Numbered from the whole stretch's first letter, positions 47,501-61,373 are shown. The stretch: DNA of 63,240 nucleotides, filler included, from Ministeria vibrans ATCC 50519 (GCA_943704425.1; 7 parts of 7 records of this genome joined end to end with filler, not necessarily neighbours in it), one strand, 5' to 3'. Translations and numbers: made by a program. Notes: generated from the letters alone by a model not told the origin.

Positions 47501-47907
47501 TCGCAGTCGAACAAGGACGCGTGTGCTGCCGCCGAGCGCACCTTCCCGACCATCCTTGGCAATGTTGACAAGAGCGAGGCGCCAGAAAAGACCGAGGTGG
47601 CCGTGTCGGCGCGCGAAGTCTTTGGCGACGAGTCGGATCCGGCCAATGTGTGTCACTTTGTGCCGGGTACGCTCAAGATTGTGAACAAACTTGCAAAGAC
47701 CACGGCGATCACAGCTGCCAGTGCTAATGCGGCCACCGGCGAAGTCACTCCCGTCAATGCCCAACAGGTGGCGGATGCAACGCCTGTTGCAGTGACGCTT
47801 GACACGTGCGGTGATGCGCCCGGCTGCGATGCGGTTCTCTCGGTATCTGTGCAGGACCCTCTGCCTGTCAGCGAGAAGCCACCGGTGGTTCTGGTGACTG
47901 GTGATAC
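40162..47907 (+). CDS. Giant extracellular mosaic protein (Cys-rich GCC2/ephrin-receptor-like repeats, beta-sandwich domains, 8 PAN/Apple, EGF-like linkers, RCC1/BLIP-II-like propeller); both ends lie in gaps
   Basis: Spliced exons carry CxxCPAGKY repeats (40162-41230), followed by a 1799-aa ORF. That ORF has CxxxC..C.xWSW..C.L..SGC PAN motifs and AFAALxxxGxVxxWG..GGD repeats. Possible start at ATG 39018 (MVMKVIRRIFSF). Confidence 0.8.
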
Positions 47908-48280
47908 NNNNNNNNNNNNNNNNNNNNNNNNNNNNNNNNNNNNNNNNNNNNTTAATTAATTAANNNNNNNNNNNNNNNNNNNNNNNNNNNNNNNNNNNNN
48001 NNNNNNNTTTTTTTTAGTTTCAGTTCTAGACTGTAGACCTTCGAGACTCGAGAGAGACGCTTTGTCGTCACTCTGCCCACTGCCCCACTCACTTGGTTGA
48101 CTTTGATGACTCGATGGCGCAATCAGGGGATTTTTCCTTCTTTTATTTCTGTCGTTGATCGCAGATGACAGATTATACGATTACGATTACGATTGCGCCA
48201 CTGCTCATTCTAACATTCTTAGATTTATTGTTCATCATTATCAACTACAAGTCGTCTGGACCTCCTCTGTCTAGTCGGAT

Positions 48281-49272
48281 ATGGAGGACTTTGTTGATCT
48301 AGAGCGATTTCGTCGAGAGTTGGGACCGTTACGAGAGGTGTGCAGTTGTTGATATCTCGCTCTCTCTCGTTTTACCTCTCTCTCCTTCTGACGGCGCCGG
48401 CGTTTGCAGATAACTCGCGAAGCATGGGAGGAACGTGCCCCTGCGAACGTCCACGAAGCAAATTTGGGCGAAACGAAGCTGAAACTTCTGATTCGAAAGG
48501 CACATCTGCACATCAAACCGAACTTGCCGTCTCACTTTTTGTCAAACTTCTTCAGGGCATTCCGGACAATCGACGCGGCGATTGGTGGATGTTCATGTCG
48601 GGATGTCCTACACATGCCGAGAGTACGCAAGTGTGTGCGTGTGTCTGTCTGTCTGTCGCTCTGTCTCTGTATTGATTCTGTGCAATCTGATCTTCACACT
48701 GACATTACAGGTAACTACCGCGAAACGTTTGAGCGTGTCTTTGGGCACGGGGCAAACTTGGAGAACCCACGCACTCCCACGTTTGGTGCCTCCGCAGTGG
48801 ACTTTTCTCGCTTCTTTCTAACAGCCAAAGGCGAGAGTGCTGTCAAGCGCGTCTTGTGTTGCATCGCTTCGACTCGACCCGACGTTGAGGTGTGTCTTCT
48901 CTTGCCGGTCCTTGTCACGGTGCTGATGCACTACCTTGATGAACCCACGGCGTACCACTGTGTCACCAGCCTACTCGACTCCAATCGACACGTCTTTCTT
49001 ATTCACGGCAAAAAGGAAACCATCGCGTCGGCCGACACCTTCTACGAGTTGGTCAAGTCCAAGTTTGGCGCCCTCCACAAACTCATTGTAAAGAAAAAGA
49101 GAGAAAACGAGAGAGGGAGAAAATGTACTGACTCGCTCGTACATAGAGTCGAGTCGGAGGGCGTGAAGGCGAGTGGCTGGTTGGCGAGCAATGGCAGTCG
49201 CTTGTCACCGACTCATTGACATTCCCCACTCTTCTGCGAGCCCTCGACTCTTACTTCTTTGAAGGATCAAAG
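48281..49272 (+). CDS. TBC1D24: TBC1D24/Skywalker-like Rab-GAP-domain protein, 5' part only
   Basis: Spliced LKLLIRK|GIPDNRRGDWW, PTFG, GESAVKRVLCCIA..PDVEVCLLLPVLVTVLMHY, LLRALDSYFFEGSK. Truncated by the gap. Confidence 0.75.
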
Positions 49273-49408
49273 GCAAAGCGAACAAGATAGATAGAGAGGG
49301 GGGGGGGGNNNNNNNNNNNNNNNNNNNNNNNNNNNNNNNNNNNNNNNNNNNNTTAATTAATTAANNNNNNNNNNNNNNNNNNNNNNNNNNNNNNNNNNNN
49401 NNNNNNNN

Positions 49409-49493
<85 letters not shown>

Positions 49494-49544
49494 CTTTGCC
49501 TCTTCCTCCCTCCCTCCCTCCTTTCTCTCTATCTCTGTGTGTAG

Positions 49545-49944
49545 AGGCGCATATTCTCTGGAGAGTGGTCTCAAGGATGTTATGATGCCCACTCTGGTTC
49601 TTGGCGTCGAATCTGATCTGCTCTTTCCTGCTTTCCAACAGAGAGAAATCTCAAAAATCCTCAGAAAGTACATAAAATAGCACAAAATATATCATATTGC
49701 CTCTATTTCTCACATTCTCTTCTCACTCCTGTTTCTCTTCTTTCTTTCTTCTCTATCACTTTGTTTCGGTTTCCTCTCTCTTTATCACTTGTTTATTTCT
49801 CCTCTCTCTACTCTCTGTATTAGTTTGGGAAATCCTCACGTCACGTACTATGAGCTGGATGCACTGTACGGACACGACACCTTCCTGATTGATGTCGCGT
49901 CTGTCGGAAATGCCGTCAAAGGCCACCTTGAGACAAGCCTTTGA
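49545..49944 (+). CDS. 3' exons of a MetX-family serine O-succinyltransferase / homoserine O-acyltransferase (Cys2-like)
   Basis: PTLVLGVESDLLFPAFQQREI..|..VTYYELDALYGHDTFL contains the catalytic Asp and His motifs of the MetX family. Confidence 0.8.
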
Positions 49945-50132
49945 GTGACTCCTATCCATGTACTATAACTCATAATAACTAAGTTCTACAGTCTATGGCG
50001 GAAATCTGGTGCTGCTTTAGACTTCCTTCTTTGTATATAAGTAAAAATTGCGGTTCAACTTTGTGAGTAGTACAAGCCATGTCGATTATACTAATCACAA
50101 ATAAATGATCAAAAATTTCATCATTTATTTTC

Positions 50133-51408
50133 ATGTACATTCTTCTGTTCTTTTCAACATGGATCTACGGTTCACACGCTGTGTTGACGCGTCTGGCAAG
50201 ACATCACCAGAAAGAACATGCGCCGGAAGACCCATTTGCGCCGGCGGCTGTGGTTCTCCTCATTGAATGTGTCAAACTTGTCTTTACACTCGTCGCGCTC
50301 CTCTATGAACACTTGCGATACCAGCACGTCGTTGACCGCACATCTAAAAATGGCAAGCAGGACTGCAACCACGGCGCATTCCCTTCGTTTCAAGACGTAT
50401 AATTATTCAGTTTTTGACACAGATTGATTTCGATTCTGTTGAAGCTGATTTTTTTCATTAATTGTAGATGGCGCTTCTTGTCGTGCCTGCGCTCGCCTAC
50501 ATGATCAACAATAATCTTGTCATGTATGTTCATCGAGAAATGGACGTGGCCACCTTCTCAGTGTTGGCCAATCTGAAAATTTTGACAACAGCCCTTAGTG
50601 CGCAAATTCTTACTGGCACACATCTCTCAACCCGGGTAATACATAATTATTATAATAATTATAGATAATAATAATAATATGCACGCACCGTATAAGTTTA
50701 TGTCGTTTTCATGAACAAATTGAAATTATTCATCTATCCTGCTATTGCTATTGTAATCATTTTATTATTATTCTGGGAGTTATGATTACTAAACTTTTTA
50801 CAAAGTTGACTTCGTGAAATGAAAAGTGCCTTGTGTCTCCCTTGTGTCTCATGTTCGTCTTATGTTTTGAATTGTGTGTTGTTTAGAAAAAGAGTGCTCT
50901 TCTTCTGCTCTTTGTGGGCTCGTCGTTGGTAGCAAGCAACGCTGCGGGCGACCAGTCAGAGACAACTCAATTCTTGACGGTGCGCGGCATCGGACTGCTG
51001 CTGCTCTATTGCGCCATATCGGGTCCAGCGGGTGTGCTCACCGAGAAGATCCTCAAGCGCAACCGTCGTGCGTCGTTGCATCTGCAAAACTTGCCGCTGT
51101 ATGTGTTTGGCGTAGGCGTCAACGGACTGTTGTGGTGGATGGAGAGAGGACAGGACATGCACAGTCTAGTAGATCTGACGCGCGGGTTCAACCGATGGGT
51201 GTGGGTGGTGGTTGTAAGTCAGGCAGCCAATGGGCTGCTTCTTTCGGCCGTCATGAAGCACACCAGCAGCATTGTCAAGTTGTTTGTCGTTGCAGCAGCG
51301 ACCCTCCTCGGATGTGTCCTCGCCACCCTAGTTTTCCACCTGCCCCTTCCGCCCTTCTTTGCCATCGCCACTCTCCTCGTCCTCACTGCCCTCCGTCTGT
51401 ACTTTTGA
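50133..51408 (+). CDS. SLC35A4: Nucleotide-sugar transporter, SLC35A4-like, 3 exons
   Basis: IYGSHA, VVLLIECVKL, NNNLV..MDVATFSVLANLKI, LLYCAISG..TEKILK..LQNLPLYVFGV, SQAANGLLLSAVMKH, LRLYF. Confidence 0.85.
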
Positions 51409-51497
51409 CACACGGAGACAAACTCACACGAAACACGCTAAAAGACACACACACACACATCCATGTTTGTGTTACAGAAACACATTCCCAACTGTAT

Positions 51498-52654
51498 CTA
51501 ATTACAAAGCACTCCCTTCGCATCTGCGGCCACCAGTGCGTCCACCATAAGCTCCCAGAACTGCCCCACATCCATATGCGTCGCCACCGTGCAGTTCTTC
51601 TGTGCTTCGCTCCATCGCCCGATGTTGAGCAGGTCGACAACTGTCTGGCCACTCGACAACGCACTCGCTGTCTCAATGGCAACATGACAGTGTCGCGTTG
51701 TGAACAGTTCGGGCGCAATGACATACGCAATGGCACAAGGGTCGTGTAGTGGCGGGTCGGGCATCTCAAATACGCTGCGGTACGTGTCGGCAAAGAAAGC
51801 CAGCAGCGCCTCGGCCATGGCACAAAAGGGTGACGGGCCAGGCATGCGAGATCGCAAGGTGTCCAGCACACCACGCGTCACCAGTGCCGTGTGCGTCACT
51901 TCAATCGGTACCATCACCAGTGACGGTGCCAACGCCCCACAGCTGTTGGCTCCGCCGCGACAGCGGTCAAATACAATGGCGGCTGCCTCGGGATCAACTT
52001 CCATGTTGAACTCGGCCGATGGATTGGTGTTGCCCGCACCAATGGCGCCGCCCATGATCACGACTGCCTCAAGGTAATCATACAGCCCCTTGTCCTCATA
52101 GAGCGTCATGAGGAGCGCCACATTCGTCAGGGCGCCGGTCGCCACAAGCGTTACACGCTGCTGAGTGCGCTGGTGAAACGCCTCAATTGCACGAAACACG
52201 GAGGGTATTCCGCCCTCAGCGTCGGCACACACGTTCGCCGGAAGCGGCGGGAAGCTATATCCGTCAAGTCCTGACTCGCCGTGAATTTCCGGACAGGCGC
52301 GTGGTCGTCGAAGCAGCGGCCGAGCCTAAACGAAGAGCGCAGATGAAGTGATGGATCGTCGACCAAGCGTGTCTCGAACCTGTCCCTCGATCACCGGCAC
52401 CCCGTCGATGCCGGCAACGTGGAGGATGTTGAGCGCGTTTCTAGTCGTGTGTGTCAGGGGCATGTTGCCGGCGACAGTCGACACGCCCACTAGGCGGCAG
52501 CGGTACGCAGCGAGAATGATCGCGAATGCATCGTCGTGCCCGGGATCGCTGCAACAGGAGCCACAAGGGCCGCGCGCACACGGGTAAACTCTGGATCAAC
52601 ACGTCCCGCATGTGCCTACCAGTCAAGCCAGAGCGGTTTCCCAGTTGCCATCAT
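51498..52654 (-). CDS. Inosine/uridine-preferring nucleoside hydrolase, 3 exons
   Basis: WLDC|DPGHDDA, STVAGN, IHGESGL, TGALTN, MGG..GNTNPSAEFN..DPEAA, PLHDP. Confidence 0.95.
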
Positions 52655-52945
52655 AGAAATTGTTTGAGACTTAAGTGTTCAAACTTCGAAATAATCAATA
52701 ATATTTTAAATATTATTCGTGCACGATTAAACTTGGTATTGATCATCATTCTTCTTTGCCCTTTGGCCACCCATTACTCATTAGCTATTCATGATCACAG
52801 TCCACAGAATTACTTACTAGTTATTATTGATTTATTACACTTATATATCTTATTACTTACTAGTCATCGCAGAGTTTCACGCAGTCATGATCATCAGTGT
52901 CAAGAAAGTCGTAAAAATAATAATAAACACTTTTTTTCAATTGAA

Positions 52946-53757
52946 ATGCCAACTCGAAAAGACACGCTGGGGCTTGTGCGCGAGTTCCTGGATTATGAAG
53001 GATACACCGATACACTGAATGCGTTTGATCGGGAAGTCAAAGCAATGGCGTAAGTCGCTCAAGTTCAAACAAAAAAGATCAAAATTCAAATTCCACTTCA
53101 CGTAGCACCACAACGGGCGCACGCACGGACCGAACGGCGCGCAGGCTCAAAGACGCTCTTGATGGGGGTGATTTGCGTTCGTTCTTTTCGGTCTGGGACA
53201 AAACCATGCCTGAAGCAGTGAGAAATCGCGCAGACGTCGCTGGTGCACGCCTCGAGTTTTTTGTGCGGCTGCACTTTGCTCTCAAGCCATTCCGAGAGGC
53301 GAAACCGACGTAAGCACCATCTGGCAATGTTAGTTCATGCGTTTGTCTTGCGTTTCTCCGATGCCTTTTGCCTGGCGCTTGCGCTTAGTTTGTGTGTGTT
53401 ATGTGTTGCCATCGAAACCAACTTATGATTTTTATTTTGCACTGATATCCACAGAAAAAGCGCCGTTGAGAAGTCTGTTTCCGAGTTTAAGCGGTACTTG
53501 GAAGAATGCTCGCAGAGCACCAACTTGAGCAAGACCACCGAGCTGCTGCCCTTCTTTGCCCTCCCGTTTGTGACCAAACCGCGCGAACACCCCACTTTTG
53601 CGAGTCTCTTCACAGACAAATGGCGAGCCGATCTTGCTCGACGCGTTGCCCAATACGTTTCACACACACTACAAGCTGCTCCCACACGACCGCGTATATT
53701 TTCACTCACCCACGGTATAATTATTATTAATATTATTATTATATTGTTAGTAGTAGT

Positions 53758-53800
<43 letters not shown>

Positions 53801-53825
53801 TGTTAGTAGTAGTAGTAGTAGTAGT

Positions 53826-53859
<34 letters not shown>

Positions 53860-53878
53860 TGTTAGTAGTAGTAGTAGT

Positions 53879-53920
<42 letters not shown>

Positions 53921-53938
53921 ATTATTGTTAGTAGTAGT

Positions 53939-53984
<46 letters not shown>

Positions 53985-53987
53985 TGT

Positions 53988-54028
<41 letters not shown>

Positions 54029-56866
54029 TTAGTATTAGTATTATTGTTATTATTTACAGATTGATCAGGACGCAGTACTAATAACTATTATTATTTTTAA
54101 TAATGACGTAATAAATTGTTTTGTTCTGTGCTTGATATTAATACCATGACAGGGTCAGCCAGTGACACGGATGACGCGGTGCGAGGACTAGAGAGCCGTT
54201 GCGAAGAGCTGGAGGCACGGGAGATGGCACTGCTCAAGGAGTACCATGACCTGGTGGGTGTGACAGGGGAACTGGTGGAGCTGCTACAGGAGACGTTCCA
54301 AGGACGACGACTGACGGGCGAAACACTGACGCGCGTCGTCTCGCGCTTGCACTCTCTTACGGTACGTGCCACGTCGACGTCGACATCGACAAGCGCAAAT
54401 GGCGGTGTTAGTGGTGTTGCAAGTAGCGCTGTACCGCCTTCAGTGTACTCATCGCTGAATCTGGCCATTGCGCGCACGTCCACTCCGTACGGCGTCTCAC
54501 GTACTGCAACCAGTCATGATGATCGTCTCGCAACAACAACAACGTTATCATCAGCAGCAGCCGCTACAATAACAACGTCAACAAAGTCGGGAGGCAGCCA
54601 GCATGTGCATGACACTGGCACAGCCATGGGCAACGGCCGTGGCTTTCAGTCGGCACACTCCACGCCGCAGCGCACACCCCTTCCGACAGTCCCTTTCCTC
54701 TCAGGCGGTGTTGCTACGTCTTCGGCCATGTACGCCTCCGCAGCAACCACCACCCACTCCACCGCCGCGTCGACTGCTCCCACCTATGGTAGTACCACTG
54801 TAACCACCAGCTATGCTACCGATGATCATGAGCCGTCGAACACCGGTCGCGAAAGTAGTGCATCTGTGACGCGCCGCCCGATTCTTCCGTCACCCACCTT
54901 CATGACACTTGGCGCGCCCATCGATTACGCGCGCGTGCATCACGACATACGCGAATGGGTGGCCGATCGCGAAGAGCGGTCATCGCAGGAGAGCGCCACA
55001 CAACTCGTCTTGCTGCTGCAAGCACTGCGATGGCGCCTGTCCAAGACGACACCGGGTCCCGAGCGTCGTGCGGCAGTTGAGGCGCTCCTGGACGGCGATG
55101 TTCTCGGGTGTGGAGCAAACACGCAGACACGATGTGTGCTGCACGGTGTTCTTTCGCACCCTGGTGAGATGGTCCGCGAGTACGGCGCACGACTAGTCAA
55201 CACCATCGCGTCCTTGTGCGTTGGGCGCTCCTACTTGCTCCACCGCGACCACGGCCGCGACACTGCCATCCGCTCGCTCGTTGATCTGCTACAGGAAAGC
55301 ATCGGAGTGTCAGCGCTGGAAGGCGATGGTTTTGATACTATTTGCCATCAGAATGCGTTGGGAGCGTTGCAGAAGCTGAGCCTGCGTCGTCACGCACAAT
55401 CTATCATGATCGAGCTGGGTGTTGTCGAGTGGCTGGTGCGTCTGCTTCGAGAATACATGGACGCACTGAGCGACTACAGCTGCGAGTATGCGACTGCGCT
55501 GCTTATGAATTTGTGTCTGCGCGCGCGTGGCAAGCAGCGCTGTGTTACTGAACGCGACTGCTTCCTGCGCATCATGAGCGATTTGCTTGAGCACGAAAAC
55601 TTGCAGATCCGCTCGTATGTCAATGGGTCACTCTATGCCGTTGTTGGTGTACCAGTGGTGCGTGAGGCGGCGCGTGCCTCGGGTCTTGACACACAACTAC
55701 GACTGCTGATGGCCAAGAGCGACGAGACCCTCGCCAGCCAGATTGAGTACATTCTGCGTGAGATTGAGAGCGACGCGGATGCAGCTTCTGAGGGAGACGA
55801 AGTCGACGAAGACGATGCCGAGGACGATGATGACGACGACGTGGATGAGGGCATTGAGGCCGGTGAGGAGGGTGATCTGCTGGCGGACGACGACGATGTC
55901 GAGACGGTTGCCGTGTCGGTGGGCACCAAGCAGGGCGACGTGCTCCTTGCTGACTACGAGGCGAGCGCTCATTATAACCAGACTCAGAAGGGCAACTATA
56001 ATTCCAACGGGAACGCATATGCGCGTATGTCGTTGTCACCGTCAACTCACGCGCACGGTACAAGTCGTCTTGCAGGTTCGGTGCGTGAGTCGGTCGCGAC
56101 GATCACGAGTTCTACCAGTCCCCTCAAGCGGCCCGTTACCCCCGCGAGCACTACTATTGCTGCCCCTCGCGATCGGGCGGCGACGCTTGCAGGCCCTGCG
56201 CATGCCAGCTGCACCTCACGCCCCACCTCGACCACGAGTAGCCGTACTCCCGTGCCCGCCCCGAACGAGTACCAGAGCGTCTTTTCGACGCGTGCGCGAA
56301 TCCCTCGTACCGCCGAAGAGGGGGCTCGTCCTGTGCCCCTTGAACAGCAGTTTGCCATGATGTCCGCTGTAAGTACGTCCATGAGCCAGTCAACGACGGG
56401 CAAGCCGACATCGACATCAAGCGATTTGAATTCACGTCGAGCTCGCGAGACGCGCGCAGCAAGCTCAACTAGCGCAGCCCGTGCACCTGCCCCAATGTCA
56501 CCATCGACGTCGTCGAGTCGAAGCATTGTCCCTCAGTCGACGTTGACGTCATCGCCTCCACCACTGCACCTTCGCGATCTTGTTGCGACCACTGAGCTCC
56601 GGGAGTCGCGTCCCTCTTCCGCCCGCTCGTCCACCTCCTCCACGCACATCAAGGGGGGCACCTCTCGAACAAGTACTGCCACCTTCACCGCTGCCACTAC
56701 GTCTACATCCACGGCTGCGCGTCTCACAATGCGACGCGATACCCATCTCGTCTCGCCTGGCTCTTCTGCGCAGTGGAGCGCACGTGCCAAATCTGCCGAG
56801 CCTCCACGCCCCAAGTCTCCTCAACTCGTGCGAAAGGTGCATAATGCTATACGAATGCCCAAGTAA
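52946..56866 (+). CDS. ARMC9: LisH/armadillo protein ARMC9 (ciliary), 4 exons
   Basis: LisH LVREFLDYEGYTDTLNAFDRE, LEFFVRLHFA, TTELLPFFALPFV..P.EHPTF, LLQALRWRL, QNALGALQKLSLRR, EYATALLMNLCLR, YVNGSLY. Confidence 0.92.
53717..54050. repeat. Compound (TAT)n/(TAG)n intronic satellite with a higher-order unit ATTATATTGTT(AGT)n(ATT)n
   Basis: About five recurrences of tattgttagtagtagt followed by (att)n in ARMC9 intron 3. Confidence 0.9.
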
Positions 56867-57203
56867 TGTCGTTGTCTCAACACTTTTTTTGCCGTATTAT
56901 TTTATTGTACAGGGAACAAAAACACTGCGCTCGGCAGATGGACAGAGGAGAAGGAGAGGAGGTGAAAGCTAACTTGGACAACTGTACTACAATAATACGA
57001 ACAACAATAATAAGAAAAAACAACAATTTTTAATATAGAAGAGGAAGAAGACATTTCTAATTTAATATCAATCACAAACGAAAAGCGACAACACAAAAGC
57101 TCAGAACCACTTTCTAAGCTAGATTAATAATATAATAATGATGATGATGAAAGTTTTATTGGCATTAAATTTTATTCAGACGTTTCATTATAACTATTTG
57201 GAT

Positions 57204-58694
57204 CTACAATTTGCTCTTGTTGTGCTGATGGTAGTATTCTGTGGTGTCTTTGAGGGCCCACACGCGAGCAGTGAGAGGATCAGAGTCGTCGACACGGTTA
57301 TGGGTGGACTGCCACAGAGCCAGCGAGTCCGTCTCTAGCGTGCTCTGTCGACGGACAGTCTCGCACAGGGGCGCAATGAGAGATGCTGGAATGGCAAAAT
57401 TGAGACGCGCAAGGGATGTGTGGCTATTGAGGCGCGCTTTGGAGACAACCATTCCCAAGAGCGCGCCCGTGGCACAGTCGATCAGAGCTCCTCCACTTGC
57501 GCCGGTGTGCACAGCAGCCGTCGAGTGTAGCTGCACAACCCGGCCACGACTGCGCACCACACGCGACAGTACCCCGCACGTAGCCGATGCCCCTATGGCG
57601 CCCTTGAACAGTGCATGGCCCACAACCATCACGGGTCGACCGGCGACCATGAGCGATTCTGGAGCAAGACACATGCGTGTGTCCTGGTCAGTGGAATGCC
57701 GTGTAACACGCTCCTCTCGAAGAACCACCAAATCTGGCTGTGGCTTGGCAAAAAACACAGCGGTGGCGTTGGTAGGGATTAACCAGGAGCCTTCGGGAGA
57801 CACGTGACAGGTGGAGAGCGGCTGTGAGGGTGCAGATTTCAAAAGATGCGCACAAGTCATTACATGACGATGTCCAAGGCGCACACCTGAGGCCCAGTGA
57901 AAATCGGGACGACTTCCAACGACAATCAACGGAACCCAATCGGATTCAAGCCATGCTTGTGCAGCGGGCGGTGTTGATGTGAAACAAGGCAAGGTCGTTG
58001 AGGACACACACTGCATGGTGGGAACACTACTAACAAGGGAGATATCGAGCACCGCTCGCAGGTCAATAGCTTCCGCTTTTCGAGCGCTGAATGCAGGTAG
58101 AACCACACCAATGGTTCCTTGACAGCAGGCGCACAAAACAGGCGCGCCTGCTGAGCCCAGTACAAGAGGAGCGTCGGTCAGGTACAATTGCATGTCGCGC
58201 ACAACATTAGCACAAATGCCGCGCGAGACAGAACCTGCGAACAAACGGGGACTGACAGCACCAAAGGGACACGAGCGGATGGTCCACAGATTGCACTGCC
58301 GAATGGGATGGGTGACGCGACGCGGCGGTGGGTCGTCGCTGAACGCCTCAACGAACAGCAGCACGGTGGCGAGCAACTCTTGGCTCTCCTCGGCGAATTC
58401 AAGCAGGCGCGGAGCAAGGCCAGCGGGAAGGGGGTTGTCCGTTACAATGCGTGCCTCGTGATAAACAAGGGGCAGATGAGCATCGACGGCATGCGCCTCC
58501 TGGTCGACGCCGGAACAGGAAACGAGCACGTCTCGGTGCGGCAGCAACACCTTCGAAATCACAACGTAGCCACCTCCCAGACGTGTTCCCGAGCCGCTCA
58601 ACAGCGTCGACACAGTACTACCATTTGTGTTCGTCACGGCCGAGGGCGCTCGAGAGGAACAGACTTTGACTAGCGCGAGAATACTGAAAAACAC
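57204..58694 (-). CDS. TYSND1: Peroxisomal leader-peptide-processing trypsin-like protease; start exon uncertain
   Basis: WASGV, TCAH (His), DLVVL (Asp), GASGG (Ser), LNFAIP. Ends in the PTS1 signal SKL*. Confidence 0.88.
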   Translation of the reverse strand: MFFSILALVKVCSSRAPSAVTNTNGSTVSTLLSGSGTRLGGGYVVISKVLLPHRDVLVSCSGVDQEAHAVDAHLPLVYHEARIVTDNPLPAGLAPRLLEFAEESQELLATVLLFVEAFSDDPPPRRVTHPIRQCNLWTIRSCPFGAVSPRLFAGSVSRGICANVVRDMQLYLTDAPLVLGSAGAPVLCACCQGTIGVVLPAFSARKAEAIDLRAVLDISLVSSVPTMQCVSSTTLPCFTSTPPAAQAWLESDWVPLIVVGSRPDFHWASGVRLGHRHVMTCAHLLKSAPSQPLSTCHVSPEGSWLIPTNATAVFFAKPQPDLVVLREERVTRHSTDQDTRMCLAPESLMVAGRPVMVVGHALFKGAIGASATCGVLSRVVRSRGRVVQLHSTAAVHTGASGGALIDCATGALLGMVVSKARLNSHTSLARLNFAIPASLIAPLCETVRRQSTLETDSLALWQSTHNRVDDSDPLTARVWALKDTTEYYHQHNKSKL

Positions 58695-58944
58695 TTAATA
58701 GTTAATAATATTATTAATTATTTTTATTTATTTTTTATTATTATTAATAATAATAAAATAATAATTAATTAATTAATAGTAATAAATAAATTATAATAAT
58801 TATTATTAATAATTTATTAATTTTATTGAATAATAATTATTATTATTAATGAGTGATCAGTGAATTATTTCCCACGTATTTCAAATAATTACGAGGAGTA
58901 ATCATTAAAAATTAATATAAATTTATAATAATAATTTATTATTA

Positions 58945-59633
58945 TTATGCTACAATGATCTCAGGATGATCTGTCTGTGACTCTGTTGTTGTTGTTCCGG
59001 GGATCAGGTCAGGCGCTGTCTCAACTAGAGCCGTCTCAGTGGTGGTGGAGGGTTGTGATGCATCGTCGACTGGTGCCTCTGCAACGTGAGATGATGGATG
59101 GACGGGACGCAAGACTGCGGTCGCTGCAGCTTTGAGAGCGTATCGCACGCGACGCCGCGCTGATTTTGGCGGTTTTCTCAGAAATTTTGGAGTGTCCGGT
59201 GGCGGTGAGGGAGCAAGGTCGCGCGCCGTCAGCGGACACTTGGGTGCCATGTCAAAGATCTCCATGCCTTCGTTCTTGTCGCTGAACACCACAATGTTAG
59301 GCTGCACCTCCAAGCCGTACTCGGCATCGTACACGGAGCGCTGTGTACAACAAGACAATAATATTAATTATAAGTCTTATATTATTATTAATGAAGAGGT
59401 AAAAAGTTAATAATAATAATAATAATAATAATTACAATAATAATTATAGAAGACTGAAACGTGAGGCGTTTGCTTACTTTGTAGTGGGGATGATCTTCGT
59501 CCATGAAACCGTTCTGGACTTGTGCCACATTGACCAATCGAGAGAACACGGAGAATGCCTCTTGGGTCGCTGTAGACGGTTAGGGTTAACACAACCTCTT
59601 CCTCGTTTGTGTTTCCTCACCTCGTTTCTCCAT
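58945..59633 (-). CDS. Hypothetical protein of about 170 aa, 3 exons
   Basis: ATG at 59633 and two GT-AG introns give a continuous frame: MEKRA|TQEAFSVFSRL...HPHYK|RSVYDAEYGLEVQPN... No family recognised. Confidence 0.65.
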
Positions 59634-59828
59634 ATCGTTTCTAAGGCTCGCAAGAGATTCCTCTAAATTGTCTACTTCGCTGTCGTCGACCAGTGTAGAA
59701 GTCTAACAAAACGTTTCAGCAAAAAAAANNNNNNNNNNNNNNNNNNNNNNNNNNNNNNNNNNNNNNNNNNNNTTAATTAATTAANNNNNNNNNNNNNNNN
59801 NNNNNNNNNNNNNNNNNNNNNNNNNNNN

Positions 59829-59935
<107 letters not shown>

Positions 59936-59937
59936 AG

Positions 59938-61373
<1,436 letters not shown>

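Noticed and set aside
48281-49944. TBC-domain / acyltransferase fusion gene
   Set aside because: The two parts are separated by an unsized gap and each lacks about half of its expected sequence.
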